Positions 13,590 to 27,100 of a DNA stretch of 64,000 nucleotides are shown here, one piece after another. Position numbers and translations under genes: made by a program. The notes below the pieces were generated by a model. That model made no database searches and was not told the DNA's origin. It saw only the letters and a program-made list of their open reading frames with translations. Numbering within the stretch: position 1 is the first letter of the stretch; each line of letters begins with the position of its first letter. The DNA lies in the NCBI GenBank assembly GCA_038087875.1, contig CM075995.1:9612001-9676000 (forward strand), read 5' to 3'. Origin of the DNA: Malacoraja senta (lineage: Eukaryota).

Positions 13590-15006
13590 TAGACACAAAA
13601 TGCTGGAGTAAAGGGCCTGTCCCACCAGCATGCGATTGCATGCGTCTAGCGCGACCAAACGTGGTGGCTTGAGGCGTACGGCCTCACGGGGCCGGTCCCA
13701 CTTCCATCCGCAGAGCCGGCTGGATTTGTGCGGGACTGGTCCCAACATCATACTCACCAATCAGCTGGGCAGGAGGCGGGCCGACTGAATTTGGACGTCG
13801 CATGGTGTCGGGTGGTTACGTCATCACACAACGGCACACCGGGCGGTGATGTCATCGTGCAACGCCACGCGCTAGGCATACGCCGTCAAGCTGCGTACGG
13901 CGTCGAGACGCTGTGTACGGCATCAAGACGCTGCATACGCCCGTCGAGGCGCTGCGTTTTGGCCTCAATGCGGCTGCGGGCCGACAGGCCGTTGCCGCGC
14001 GGTATTTTTGGACATTGTCAGTTTTTCGGAGCCCCACGCGATGTCGGGACCAACCCCATACGGGGTTTTTCGGAGCCCCGCACAACCCCATACGGCTCCA
14101 GCGATCGAAGTGGGACCGGCCCCGCGGGGCCGTACGGCTCAAGCGACCACGTTCGGACCACGTTAGGTCGCGCTAGACGCATGCAATCGCATGCTGGTGG
14201 GACAGGCCCTTTACTCAGCGGGACTAGCGGGACTATCTCTGAAAAGAAGGAATGGGTGACGTTTCAGGTCGAGACCCTGAATGTAGTCAGACTAGTCAGG
14301 ATAAAGGGAAATAGGGAGATAGAGACTGATGTAGAGAGTTATAAAACAAATGAATTAAAGTTATGCAAAAAAGTAATGATGAAAAAGGAAGCAGGCCATT
14401 GTTAGCTGTTTGCTAGGTGAGAACGAGTACCTGGTGCGACTTGGGTGGGGGAGGGATGGAAAGAGAAAGGGAGTGCAGGGGTTACTTGAAGTTAGAGAAA
14501 TCACAATCATACCACAGTGTTGTAAGCTGCCCAAGCAAAATATGAGATGCTGTTCCTCCAATTTGCGATTAGCCTCACTCTGACAATGGAGGAGGCCTAC
14601 GAGTATCTCCACCTCTTTCCGCCTTCCACAGAGACCATTCCATCTGCAACCCCCTGGTAATCTCATCCCTTCCCACCCAAACCAGCTCCTCCCCAGGTAT
14701 CATCCCCTGCAACCACAGGAGATGCAACACCTGTCCCTATACCTCCTCCCTCGACTCTGTCCAGGGACGCCGACAATCCTTTCAGGTTAAGCAGAGGTTC
14801 ACTTGCACCTCCTCCAACATCATCTACTGTATATGCTGTTCAAAATGTCGACTCTTATACATCGGCGAGACCAAACGTCGACTGGGCGATCGTATCGCTG
14901 AACACCTTAGCTCAGTCTGCCTGGACCTACCTGATCTCCCAGTTGCTAAACACTTCAATTCCCCTACCCATTCCCACACTGACATTTCTGTCTTAGGTCT
15001 CCTCCT
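13590..15006. mobile_element. Penelope-like element remnant: 3' end on minus (13590-14600), GIY-YIG endonuclease segment on plus (14601-15006)
   Basis: Plus strand reads FQVKQRFTCTSSNIIYCICCSKCRLLYIGETKRRLGDRIAEHL; minus strand reads RKLEEQHLIFCLGSLQ. Confidence 0.85.
13612..14210. mobile_element. PIF/Harbinger-type MITE with long TIRs
   Basis: AGGGCCTGTCCCACCAGCATGCGATTGCATGCGTCTAGCGCGACC at the left end is mirrored exactly at the right end. Flanks are TAA and TTA. It splits the host repeat GCTGGAGTAA/CTCAGCGGG. Confidence 0.88.
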
Positions 15007-15039
15007 GTTATCTGGCACCTCACCTACGTCAAACAATGA

Positions 15040-15725
15040 TTCATTGTGAGCAATAAGGTGGATAATTCCACAATGTCTGATGGGATCTATTCCAGGTTAT
15101 TGGGCAAGGCATGAGAGGTAATTGCAGAGGACTGGAGAGTAGCCAATATTGTTCCATTGTTTATATAGAAAGTGAGTAACGATAATACAATACATTGTAG
15201 GCCAGTGAGTTTTACGCCAGCGGTAGGGAAGCTATTCAGGAGAGGATTTACTCGTACTTAGAAGGAAGAGGGAGAATTAGGGAGAATTAGCACAGCTTAC
15301 AGCTATTTAAGGCAGGTCATATTTTACTCATTTGATTGAGTTTTTGATGATGTGATGAAGGATTGGATGTTGTCTACATGGATTTCAGTAAGGCATTTGA
15401 TAAAGTCCCTTATTCTAGGATGATCCAGAAGATTAGTGGTCAGGGTGCACGGTGGCTCGATTCAGAAATAGCTTATTCATAGATGCTTCTGGTGGATGAG
15501 TGTTATTCTGGCTGGACGTCTATGATCAGTGGAGTTCTGTGCTGGACCTCTGCAAAAAATACACATCACTTGGATGTAAATGTAGATGGGTTACATGTAG
15601 TAAGTTTGCAAACTACAAATATGGTGGCATTATGGACAGTGAGAAGGCTGTCAGTGAGATATAAATCAGTTATGGATATGGGCAGAGAAATTGCAGATGA
15701 AGTTTACTCTGAGCAAGTGTGCGAT
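15040..15725 (+). mobile_element. Old, degenerate CR1 RT fragment
   Basis: DVVYMDFSKAFDKVP and related motifs with many lesions. Confidence 0.75.
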
Positions 15726-16235
15726 GTAGAGTCAAGTGTGTTTTTTAATAGTAAGATTAAACGAGAACTTACCAGTTTGAAGTTTGATCTTTATTTTATG
15801 AGGAGTTACGTTGATGGACTACGTGAAGAAGAGCCCGTCCAGCCGCACACGCGTCAATCTTCAAAGCAGCGGAGTGAAATCACAGACGACAATTACCGAA
15901 GTATGATAGTAAGATTTTTAAAGACTAGAACTACCAGTTGATCTTTATAAGGGTGGGAGCGGAGGGCACGTAGTCCCTCAACGTAACTCCTCATAAAATA
16001 AAGATCAAACTTCAAACTGGTAAGTTCTCGTTTAATCTTACTATTATACTTCGGAATCACGTGAGTGACTACGTGAAGATTTCAAAGCTCTGTGATTTCT
16101 CGCCGTGGATTCAAATCCAGGCGCTCACTGCATTGATTGATTCTAAATGAGTAAAAACAATCAACAATGCATAACCACAACATTAATGTAATCAGTTAAT
16201 GGTTTTATTTATTACAACAATAGTAACCCCCTTTA

Positions 16236-16838
16236 TCATAATGGGGGATTTAATACTGAATCCAGCACGGCACCACCAAACAACCCGCGATCTTTAATCT
16301 CCTTAGGGTAATATTTGTGAAACATCTGTTCACTTGCCCATCCTGCGGCCGCGAGGATAAGATCTATTGGAACGTCTGAATCCCTGGCAGCCGATGTTGC
16401 TGCCACCCTGGTGGAATGATATTTAAATGTATCAGTATCAATACCTGCATAAATCAACACCTGTTTCAGCCATCTTGAAATAGTCTGTGTCGACACCTTC
16501 TTATGAGTTTTTTATAGCTGATAAAAAATGCTGATTCTGCACCTCTTAAGGTTCTGGTTGCTTCAATGTAACATTTTAGATATGCTACTACACATAGACG
16601 TGGATCCGTAGGATATGCTGAAAAACCCAACTTACATCCTGTGAACCCAGGTCTACTCTGTTTAAGCAAATCATAGACATAGAATGTAATGGCATCTGCC
16701 CCTACTTTCATCCTGTCTATTCTTTACTTCTGTAATGTTTGCACTCTCTGTGCTGAAAATAACGCCATGAGCATAACTAACTTCATGGTAATTTTGGCCA
16801 ATGACAGAGCTTCAATAGGATTCCATTCACGCAGCAGC
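16236..16838 (-). pseudogene. DIRS tyrosine recombinase catalytic domain, disrupted
   Basis: SAQRVQTL, LKQSRPG, KYHSTRVAATS, AAGW..FHKYY; stops and frameshifts. Confidence 0.88.
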
Positions 16839-18321
16839 ATATTCTGTATTATCATTGAATTTACGTGACCTTGTGTCTGCAACTATGTTGAATCTACCTG
16901 TTAGGTACATTGCTGACAGCCAAATATTTCTGCCAATACACCAGGTCCAGATTATATTTGCCAATCTCTCACAAGATTCTGATTCTGAAACAGATTCTGA
17001 CTTGATACCACCCATATGATTTACATATGCTACTGCTGTAGTATTGTCAATCTGTACCTGAACATGCAAATTTTCCATATTAGAGCAATAAGCTTTAAGC
17101 CCATAAAATGTTCCTAATAGGTCTAGGTAATTTATACCTTGATTTTCAAGCAAAGGTACTTCCTCCACATTCCATTTACCTCCACAGCTGGAAACAGTAT
17201 TAGTAGCGCCCCATCCTAGAGCACTTACATCAGTCTGTAGAATAACGGAAGGTGTTTTTACCAGAACTTTTCTGGAAGCATTAGAGACATTGTTAATTCA
17301 CCATTCTAATTCCATAATAGGCTCAATTGTCAATTGCATGGGCCTATCAAATGCCCTGCATTAATCCTTAATGCTTGTACCTTAGCTCTCTGCAAATGCT
17401 GATAATGCAATGGTCCAAATTTTACAGCTGGAAAAGCAGCTATTAATTTGCCCAGCAAGCTTGCCACTTGTCTAATTGAGGGCTGGTACGCGTTAATGAG
17501 CTTAATACAACCCTCAATTAACTGCAGCCTTTTATCTTTTGGCAAAGTGATTACCATGTGTTCTGAGTTAATTGTAAACCCCAGGTAATCAATTTTTTGT
17601 GCTTGGTAATAGTTTCGATTTTTGTGGGTGAATAATGAATCCCATTTTCTGGAAAATGTACTAGACTCTTGACACTGATGCCTTTGATGTAGCCAAAGTG
17701 TCCCCCACAATCAAAATATCATCCAAATAAGCCATTAATACATGGCCCTCAGCTCTTAGCAGAGCTAAAATTGGTTTGAGTAATTTTGTAAATAACCTTG
17801 AAGTCAGACCATGAGGCAATGCTTTAAACTGCCATAACTGACTCATCCATCTAAATTTTAGATATCTCCGATCATTACCGTGCACAGCCACAGAATAATA
17901 TGCATCTTGCAGATCTATGCTTGCCATATAGCAGTTTCTTGTGACAACCTGAATGGCATTTGTAAATGTTTCAATTTTAAAATGTTTATACTGTACAAAA
18001 GGGTTAAGACTTCTCAGATCCAGAATAATTCTACATCCACCATACTTTTTTGTTCTAGGAAAAATACTTGGAACAAACTGATGGTGTTGTTCTACTGACT
18101 TTTCTATTACACCTTTTTTGCACAAAATTTTCAATTCTGCCTGGATCTGCGTATTCTCTTCCTTTGAGAAAGTACGTGACCGGCTTGAAATATGCTGAGT
18201 AGGAGGATCCAAATGTGGATATAACTCAATTCTAAGTCCCACAATTCTGCACAGTATTAACAAATCATTTGTTATTAGTTGCCATTCTTTTAGGAAGAAT
18301 TGTAATCTCCCCCCAACTTGT
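16839..18321 (-). pseudogene. DIRS RT-RNase H, disrupted; methyltransferase-like domain deleted
   Basis: RIILDLRSLN, SIDLQDAYY, LPHGL, MAYLDDIL, INYLDL, NIVADTRSR. Confidence 0.88.
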
Positions 18322-21300
18322 TTTTGTTGTTTTTTTATTTTTTATTTATTAGAAGTAAGTACAATCAATCGTATGGCACCAAAGTGCCTAATATATATTT
18401 TCATAATACATTTTATGTACAGCTTCTTATTTTTTTATTATAATAAAGAAGAATAAGAAAAAGAAATTAGATAATAAAGGATAGAAAAACGTGAGATATA
18501 TAGTGTGTGAAAAAGAAAAGAAAAAAGAATGAAAGAAGAAAGTTGAAGAAAAGAAAATAGGAAAAAGAGAGTAAAAAATAAAAAAAGAAGTAAGGAGATC
18601 ATTATTTATAATCTTGACCATCCCTCGCCCAGTCCTGAGACAGTTAGCTTTTACAATTGTGTTGCACCATATGATTCCAAAAAGATGACAAATGGAGACC
18701 AACTCGTTATGAATTGGTCTGATTTATCTATTAGGAGGAATCGCATTTCCTCAAGATGTGCGGTGTCCAACATGCTTGCGATCCATATTTTAAGCGTTGG
18801 TATTGGTGTATTTTTCCAAAATTTAAGTATCATATTTTTTGCTATTATTAAACCATAATTAAAAAATAAATGTTGAGATGAGTTCAATTTATTCCCATCT
18901 TCCATTAATCCAAATATAATCATTTCAGTATTAGGTTCCATTCTTATCTTAAATAATTTTGTAAATATTTCAAAAATATCACTCCAAAATCTATAAAGTT
19001 TTATGCAGGAAACAAAAGAGTGTGTTATAGTTGCGTTTTGGGATAAACATTTATCGCAAATGGGGGATATATTTGGACAGAATTTATTCAGTCTTGTTTT
19101 TGAATAATATAATCTATGTAAAATTTTTTATTGAATTAGATTATGTCTTGCATTAATCGAACATTTGTGAATGTATATCAAGTACTTTTCCCACGTAATC
19201 TTCATAATTTTTTATCATTAATTCCCGTTCCCACTCTTCTCTAAGTACATCTGTCGCTGGTAGGTCTATATTTAAAATACTATTATATAAATATGATATT
19301 AATTTTTGTGTCAGCTTTAATATTCATTGCTTCTTCCAATAAGTCAGGAGTTAATTTTTGATATCCTTGTATGTATTTCTTCATGAAATCGTAAATCTGA
19401 AGATAGTTAAAATATTGGTTGTTTTTCAATTTAAATTTTAATTGTAATTGTTGGAATAATAATAGATTTCCCATTTCATACATATCCCCGATCCTTTTAA
19501 TTCCTAAACTTTCCCATTGAATATATGTTTTATCAATAAGAGATGGTTTAAATAAAAGGATTATTCGCTATTGGCATTAACAATGATAAATTTCTTAATT
19601 TTAAGGATAATTTTATTTGTTTCCAAATTCTTATTGTATCATGTATAATTGGGTTCTTCTTATATATTGTGTTGTTCAGTTTTTTCGGGGAGAAGAGGAT
19701 CGTTCCTATATTACAAGGAAAACAATCCTCTTTCTCCATTTTTATCCATTCTGTCTGTTGGGTAGAACTGCCTAACCAATAAATTATATTCTTAATATGC
19801 GCTGCCCAGTAATAATACAAAAAATTCGGGAGTGAAAGTCCCCCGACATCTTTTGGTTTACATAAGTGTTTTTTTTTTATTCTATGTGATCTATAATCCT
19901 AAATAAAATTAGTAATATTAGAATCTAATTTTTTTTTAAAGTATTTTGGTATATATACTGGTATAGACTGAAATAGGTATAATAATTGTGGTAGAAAGAT
20001 CATTTTTATAGCATTTATTCCACCTATTAATGATAAAGGATGTGTTTTCCAAACTTTAATCAGCATATTAAGTTTATTTAATAAAGGTATAAAATTAGCG
20101 TTGAATAATGCTTTATATTTTCTAGTAATCTGAATACCCAAATATTTAAATTTTTCTATTGCAATTTTAAAGGGGAACTTCAGTAAGTGTGTAGTTTCTT
20201 GAGGTTTTAACGTCATGATTTCACTTTTATTCCAGTTTATTCTATATCCAGAAAAGGACCCGAATTCCTCTATTAAATTTGGTATGCTCATTTGTGACTT
20301 TGTAATATATAAAAGTATATCGTCTGCATATAATGAAATTTTATTATTTGAGTCCCTAGTATTATAGCCCTGAATATTCGGATGAATTCTTATACTTTCA
20401 GCCAAAGGTTCTATCATAAGGGCAAATAGCAGGGGTGATAACGCACATCCCTGCCTATTACCCCTTGATAATTGAAATTTTTGAGATAACATATTATTAG
20501 TTAATATTCTTGCCATCAGTTTATCATATAATAATTTTACCCATGTAATAAAATTCTCTCCCATATTAAATTTTTGCAGTACTTTGTATAAGTACTGCCA
20601 CTCTACCTGATCAAATGCTTTCTCTGCGTCCAAAGAAATAATTGATATATCTTCTTCCTCCACTTTATGTGAGTACATTATATTAAACAGGCGTCTCAAA
20701 TTATTAAATGAGTATCTTTTGGGTATAAACCCCGTTTGATCAGGGTTTATCAATTTACTAATATATTTGCTTAATCTTCTTGCTAAAGTCTTTGCTAAAA
20801 TTTTCTGGTCTGTATTTAAAAGTGATATAGCTCTATATGAGCCCGGATCATCTAAATCTTTATATTTTTTGGGAATAAGCGTAATAGTTGATTCTGCTAA
20901 TGTTTCAGGTAGTTTATTTTCTTTAAAAGCGTGAGTATATAAATTATATAAATTAAATAAATAAGGAGTCGTTATCTCATGAAGTTTTTTATAAAATTCA
21001 TTACTAAAACCATCTGGTCCCGGTGTCTTACCATTTTTCAACGATTTTATTGTTTCACCTATTTCTTCGATTGTAATTTGAGCGAGTTCCTCTTGATCCA
21101 ATAGGTCACGTTTTGGAAGATTACAGTTATCTAAAATTGTTTTAATTTTACTATCTTCTATTTTAGTTTTAGATGTATATAAATTTTGATAAAATTGAGC
21201 AAATCTGTTATTAATATCTTTAGGTAGTATTAGTAATTCACCTTTCTCTGATTTAATTTTAGTTATAGTATTTTCCTTTTCTTGTTTTTTCAATTGACGA

Positions 21301-22840
21301 GCTAAAAGCTTATGTGGTTTGTCACCAAACTCAAAATATTCCTGTTTTGAAACTTGGAATAATCTTATTACTCTTGCCGATAAAATTCGATTAAGTTTAA
21401 ATTTCAGTAATATTAACTTATTATGTTTATCTGTAGTGGAATCTTTAGCATTATTTCTTGTCTAATTTCTTGTTCTAACAACATTTGTTCTGTCTTATTC
21501 TTTTTATTTTGAAAAATTTGATATGAAATTATAATTCCTCTAATAAATGCCTTAAAAGTTTCCCATAATAAAGAAGGTGAGGTACCTGGTGTATCATTTG
21601 TATCAAAAAAAAGTTTCATTTGTTGTTTTAAATATTGATAACCTTGTATGTCATTTAAAATATGTGTATTAAACCTCCAAAAAATGTTTTTACCCGGCAT
21701 TCCCTCGAATCTTACTGAAAATGTCAACGGAGAGTGATCAGAAATACTACTAATTTGGTATGTTGGATTAATTGTATATGGCATTAATTTCATATCCACT
21801 AAAAAATAATCAATTCTTGAATAAGTTTTATGTACCGAAGAGTAAAACGAGTATTCCCTTCCAACTGGATTAGCAGATCTCCATACATCTGTTATATTAG
21901 TATATTTTATATATGTATTTAGAAGTTCACTAGTCTTGGATTTTAAATTACTCCTCCTTTGTTTTACTGATTTGTCTAGATATGAATCTAAAACACAGTT
22001 GAAGTCCCCCCCTATTATCACATTTTGGTAATTAAACTCTGATATTATATCTGTAATTTTATCAAAAAATTGGGGGTTGACAAAATTCGTAGCGTAAATA
22101 TTTATCATAGTTAATGGGGTTGCATAAATTTCTCCTGAAACTATAATATACCTTCCCTCTCTATCTGATATAGTATTCTTTAATTTAAAAAGGTATACCT
22201 TTTCGAATAAGAATAACCGTACCTCTAGATTTAGAAGTAAATGACGAATAGTTTGACCTATCCACTTCGGCTTTAATCTCATTTGTGTTTGTTGTTTCAT
22301 GTGAGTTTCCTGTAAAAACATTATGTCGCTTTTCAAAGATTTTAGTTGAGCAAAAATTTTACCCCGCTAAATTGGTTCGTTGGCACCCCTTATATTCCAA
22401 CTACAGAATGTAATTCCTCCATTCTTTATTTGTCTATTGTCTTGCATTATATATCAAAATAGTATTCCTGAATCAAATGGTGCAACCAAATACCTCAGAG
22501 TTCTGGGTGTTGGGTGGTCATCCCAAGTTTTTAGATTTATATTGCATCTCCTTCTTGTATAGTGCCTTAGAAAAAGAAAGAAAAGATGTGATATAGAATT
22601 GATTACAAAAAAGATAAGCAAGTAAAAGTCTTTATAGTGATTTTTTTTTTAAAGTGATATTAAGGTATCTAAGAAAAGATACCTTAAAGACGAATAGCCA
22701 CCTAAGGTGGCCAAAAATTTATAGACTTCCATTGATGTTGTTATAAATTGAGCTCCAACCCCTTAGCAGAGCCTCATAAAAAGCTATAGACCGTTTCATA
22801 TCTTATATTTTCTTATATAAATTTATCAAACCAGCACCAG
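18322..22840 (-). mobile_element. L1 LINE inserted in the DIRS: full-length but disrupted ORF2 (22447-18651), upstream spacer and poly(A) tail
   Basis: SWNIRG, LQETH, GGDFNC, SRIDYF, SDHSP, QGCALSP, YADD; poly-T run at 18321-18350. Confidence 0.92.
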
Positions 22841-24103
22841 TTGTGAGTGTAAAACATTTGTTATGTTTCTTACCAGACCAGAGCCCCCTTCCTCGGGGTT
22901 TGCCACCGGCAAATGTTGTCCCCTCTTAGTAGGCACATTGTAACCTCCACGCATCCCAGGTGCAGTACGCCAATGCGTATATGGGAACGATCGGCTTGTT
23001 CCTTCTCCAGCACTAGACATCCGTCTGTAGGGATACTGCCTTCGAATCGATCTGCTCATCGGTGGTTTCATCATTCCCACGGTTTTTGCCTCTTCATTCA
23101 GGTCTTTTACCCTTTTTGCTAGATTCTCTCCAAAAAGCAGATTAGGCAGTTGTATATTGGATGGTTTACAGAGCACTGCAAACTTAGGATGAATATTAGG
23201 TCTTATTGCACTCTTACGAATACAGTTTATTTCAAAGTGCGCACTACACATAAGGGCTAAGGCATCTTGTTGTGAAGCAGATATATGTTCTTCATCGAAC
23301 CCTCTGACAAACGCTGTAATGCCTGACCCCAGCAATCTCAACACTCGTTGTAATTTTAATTCTTGTGAGCGTAATCCAATGCCCAAATAGCCCCATATTA
23401 CGTTATTCACCGCTGGGACTGCTAACAGTGCACAATTCACCGGGGATTCATATTTTTTAACAGTCTCATCCATAGTTAATTCCTGGAGCTGATGGGAAAG
23501 CAGGTAATTTATAGTCATTGCTATTTCATCTCTCAAAGGTTCCCCTGTTAATCTGGGAACAGCAAACTTTTGTGCCAGCCCTGGTATTTTAAGCTGTTAT
23601 CGGGCTCTGGTCCTCATATAATTCATCATCTGAATCTTGATGTTCCTCCTCCTGATGGGAAATTTCTGGCATCCCTGTTTCAGGTAAGTCTAGCACTGGC
23701 TCTTCCATAGGCCTTTGCATAGTAAATTCTCTACCAGATTCCCCCTGCGCGGGCTCTCCTGTAGGCCCACGGATAGGCAGCCCTGTTTCAGGTGCTGCTG
23801 CCGCTGTCTCACCTCTAGGCCAACGCTTATACTGTCTTTCTTCTGACATTGTTGGCGCTGGCACTTCTCTAGACCAAAATTTATACTGCCTTTGTTCAGG
23901 CATTTCTGGTACTGGCTCTCCTGTAGGCCAACACATATACTGCCTTTTTTCTGGCATTTTGGTCACTGGTTCTCCTGTAGGCCAACCTCTGTGTTGTCTT
24001 TGCGCAGACATTCCTGATGGCTCTCCTGTAGGCCAACGCTTTGACTGTCCCATCCAAGGCACTCCCTGCGCTGTATCTCCCATAAGCCAACTGAGGGGGT
24101 TGG
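22841..24103 (-). pseudogene. DIRS ORF1 (gag-like), distal part including eight 17-18-aa repeats; proximal part lies at 28856-29165
   Basis: ORFs 23589-24197 and 22826-23536 are homologous to 54218-55400 of the plus copy. Confidence 0.8.
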
Positions 24104-27100
24104 TGTAGATGAGATATGCATGTGCCTTTAACATAGTGACCTCATACCTACTAACCACTCCCCATATCACAAGTATATCTATAACCTCCCCACCCACAGA
24201 TCGCTCTCTAGTTCCTGTGACAGACCACGTACAGCTAGTGCAATGTGTAATGCTCCAGTATGAATAAAGATAGTAAAGTAACGATGCCTCGTTATAGATT
24301 CTTTACATGGTGTCAAATAACTTACCTTGCGCCTCCTGTTTATCGGTTTATCATTTAATTTTGTCCCAGTTTTTTGTTTCCCCCGCCCTCCTATTTCTTT
24401 GTCATGGCCTCTTCTGCCCGTAAGCCCGATGTGCTCGTTTTCGATTTAGACATCGCCCTTCGATGGGACGTATTCAAACGTGACTTTGAACACTATTTCA
24501 CGATCGCTCATCCTGCCGCCACCGCCGATCTCAAAGCCTCTCTGCTTCTCAACTTGGCTGGTCCCGAGGCCCTGACTCGCTCTGACTTCTTCGTCTACGC
24601 TGATGGTGAATCAGCTCGGGACCCGGTATGTCTGGTGGCTAAGTTTGACGCTATTTGTGATATTCCGACAAATTGCATCTTAGAATGTTTTAAACTGTTC
24701 GCGCGGCGTCAGCTCCCTGGGGAATCTGCTGAGAACTATGTCATTGCGCTGCGGCACCTCGGCAGGCGCTGCCGCCTCCACGCGTGGAACCCCGATGAGA
24801 TTCTCAGGGACCTTCTGGATTACGGTCTCCGTGATGAGAAGCTCAGGGCCGAACTTCTGCGCAAGCCGGATCTGACTTTAACCGATGCTATGCACGCTAC
24901 TCGCTTAGCTGAAGCTGTTTCCTCGGCGGCGTCGCCGGCTGAACAGGCGATAAACTTTGCCAGCACTCCCAGTCATCTCATAAACACACCCCAGTCGCGA
25001 CCCCCGGGGTCGCTCGCTGCTCGAGGGGGACGCGCCCCGGGGTTCGGTGCTGCTACAGGGGGAGGTACCCGGCAAAGGTGCCCTAATTGCAACTTCATGA
25101 CTCATCAATACAATGTGTGCCCTGCCTTGGGTAAAACGTGTAATGTCTGCAAAAAATTGAACCATTTTGCTGCGGCTTGTCGTTCCCGTGGGAAGCCTGT
25201 CGCTGCTCGAAGGGGAAATTTAAACAACCTTCTACAAGCTGACAGTGCGCTCAGCTCCCAGTGTTATTTCGATGAACAGTCTGTTTCTGCATCTGACTCC
25301 TCTCAGGGGGAGACCAACTTGTTTACCGTGTTGGACGCACCTGCTATGATAACGGACCCTTCTGTGCTAGTCACTGTGAACAACTCGACCTTCACTGCTA
25401 AGATTGACACGGGGGCTGTGGCCAACGTAATGTCAACATCTCTTTTCAACCAGATAAGAACTAATGAGCAGATATTTTCCCAGAGCTCAACCTTGCATGC
25501 CTATGGTGGGGAGATTCTTACTCCTGTGGGCAAGGCCACGCTACGCTGTAAGATACTAGAGACCTCTCGGCCCCTCACCTTCTATCTCCTCGATCAAAAA
25601 TGCATTCCCCTGCTGGGGATCCGGGCATGCCAGGAAATGGGACTGGTGTACTTCCACCGTGACATCCACCAGGTGCAGACTCTTATGGACCCGCTGGCCG
25701 ATTATCCCGACCGCTTTGATGATAAGCTAGGCAAACTACCCTGCAGCTACAAGATTGTAGTGGACCGTAAGATCGTTCCTGTGGTCCATGCTCCTCACCG
25801 TGTCTCCTTCGCCATGAGGGACAGAGTGGAGGCGACACTACACAGTATGGTACAAATGGGCATCCTAAAGGCCGTCGTCGAGCCCACCAGCTGGGTCTCT
25901 TCCATGGTTGTTGCTGCTAAAAAGGACATGAGCGAGATACGCATCTGCATCAACCCCAAAGACCTCAACCTGGCCATTAGACGCCCTCACTACCCTATGA
26001 GAACGGTGGAAGAAGTCGCTGCACAGGTTGGTCCAGCAACGTTTTTTTCTGTCCTCGATGCCAAAAGCTCCTTCTGGCAGATACCACTGGACGAGCGGTC
26101 GTCCATTTTGACAACTTTCGCCACCCCCTACGGAAGGTTTCGGTTCCTCCGAATGCCATTCGGAATCAACTCTGCCAGCGAGGTATTTCAGCGGACAATG
26201 GAGCAGTTGTTTTTAGGTCTACCATGCGCCATAATTGTTGACGACATCCTCGTTTACGGTAAGGACGTTGCCGAACACGATGTCAACCTCCGCCAGGTCC
26301 TGGACCGGGCCCGGCAAATCAACTTGAAACTGAACCCCAAGAAGTGCCGATTCCGCGTCCCGGAGGTCACCTATGTTGGACATGTATTCACCGCTGAGGG
26401 GTTAAAGCCAGACCCGCAGAAAACGGCTGCCATTTCAGGGATGCCCCCTCCTACCAATGTGGCAGGCCTGCAACGCTTCCTAGGCTTGGTAAACTACCTG
26501 GGGAAGTTCATCCCCGACCTCAGCGAGCTCAGCGCTCCCCTGAGGGATCTGATAAAAAAGGACACGTCCTGGCTTTGGTTACCCAACCATCAGAAGGCAT
26601 TCGACATTCTTAAGTCTAAGCTGATCAGCACCCCCACGCTCAAGTTCTTTGACCTGCAGCGTCCCATTGTCCTCACCTGCGACGCCTCTCAGTTCGGACT
26701 CGGTGCCGCCTGTCTCCAGGTCCATGACGGCCTGCAGCTGCCTGTCTCCTTCGCGTCCCGCACCATGACCGCCACCGAACAGCACTACGCGCAGATCGAG
26801 AAGGAGCTACTGGCCGTGGTGTTTGCCTGCTCCAAATTCCGGGACTACATCGTGGGCAACACTTTCACCGTTGAAACTGACCATCAGCCACTTGTCACCA
26901 TCCTCAACAAGTCGATCCATGTGGCCTCATCACGCCTGCAGCGCATGATGCTGCAGCTGCAGCGCTTCACGTTCACGGTGGTTTATCGTAAGGGCAAGGA
27001 CATGTTCGTGGCCGACACGTTGTCTCGCGCCCCGCTGACGTCCACCGCTCGCCACCAATATGAAATGTCTGAGCTATTGGTGCTACAATTGAACATCGTC

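Noticed and set aside
13131..13760. ORFs containing X runs
   Set aside because: They span the N gap.
13728..14405. 225-aa ORF
   Set aside because: Chance ORF in a GC-rich MITE; no recognisable motif, and it crosses the element boundary.
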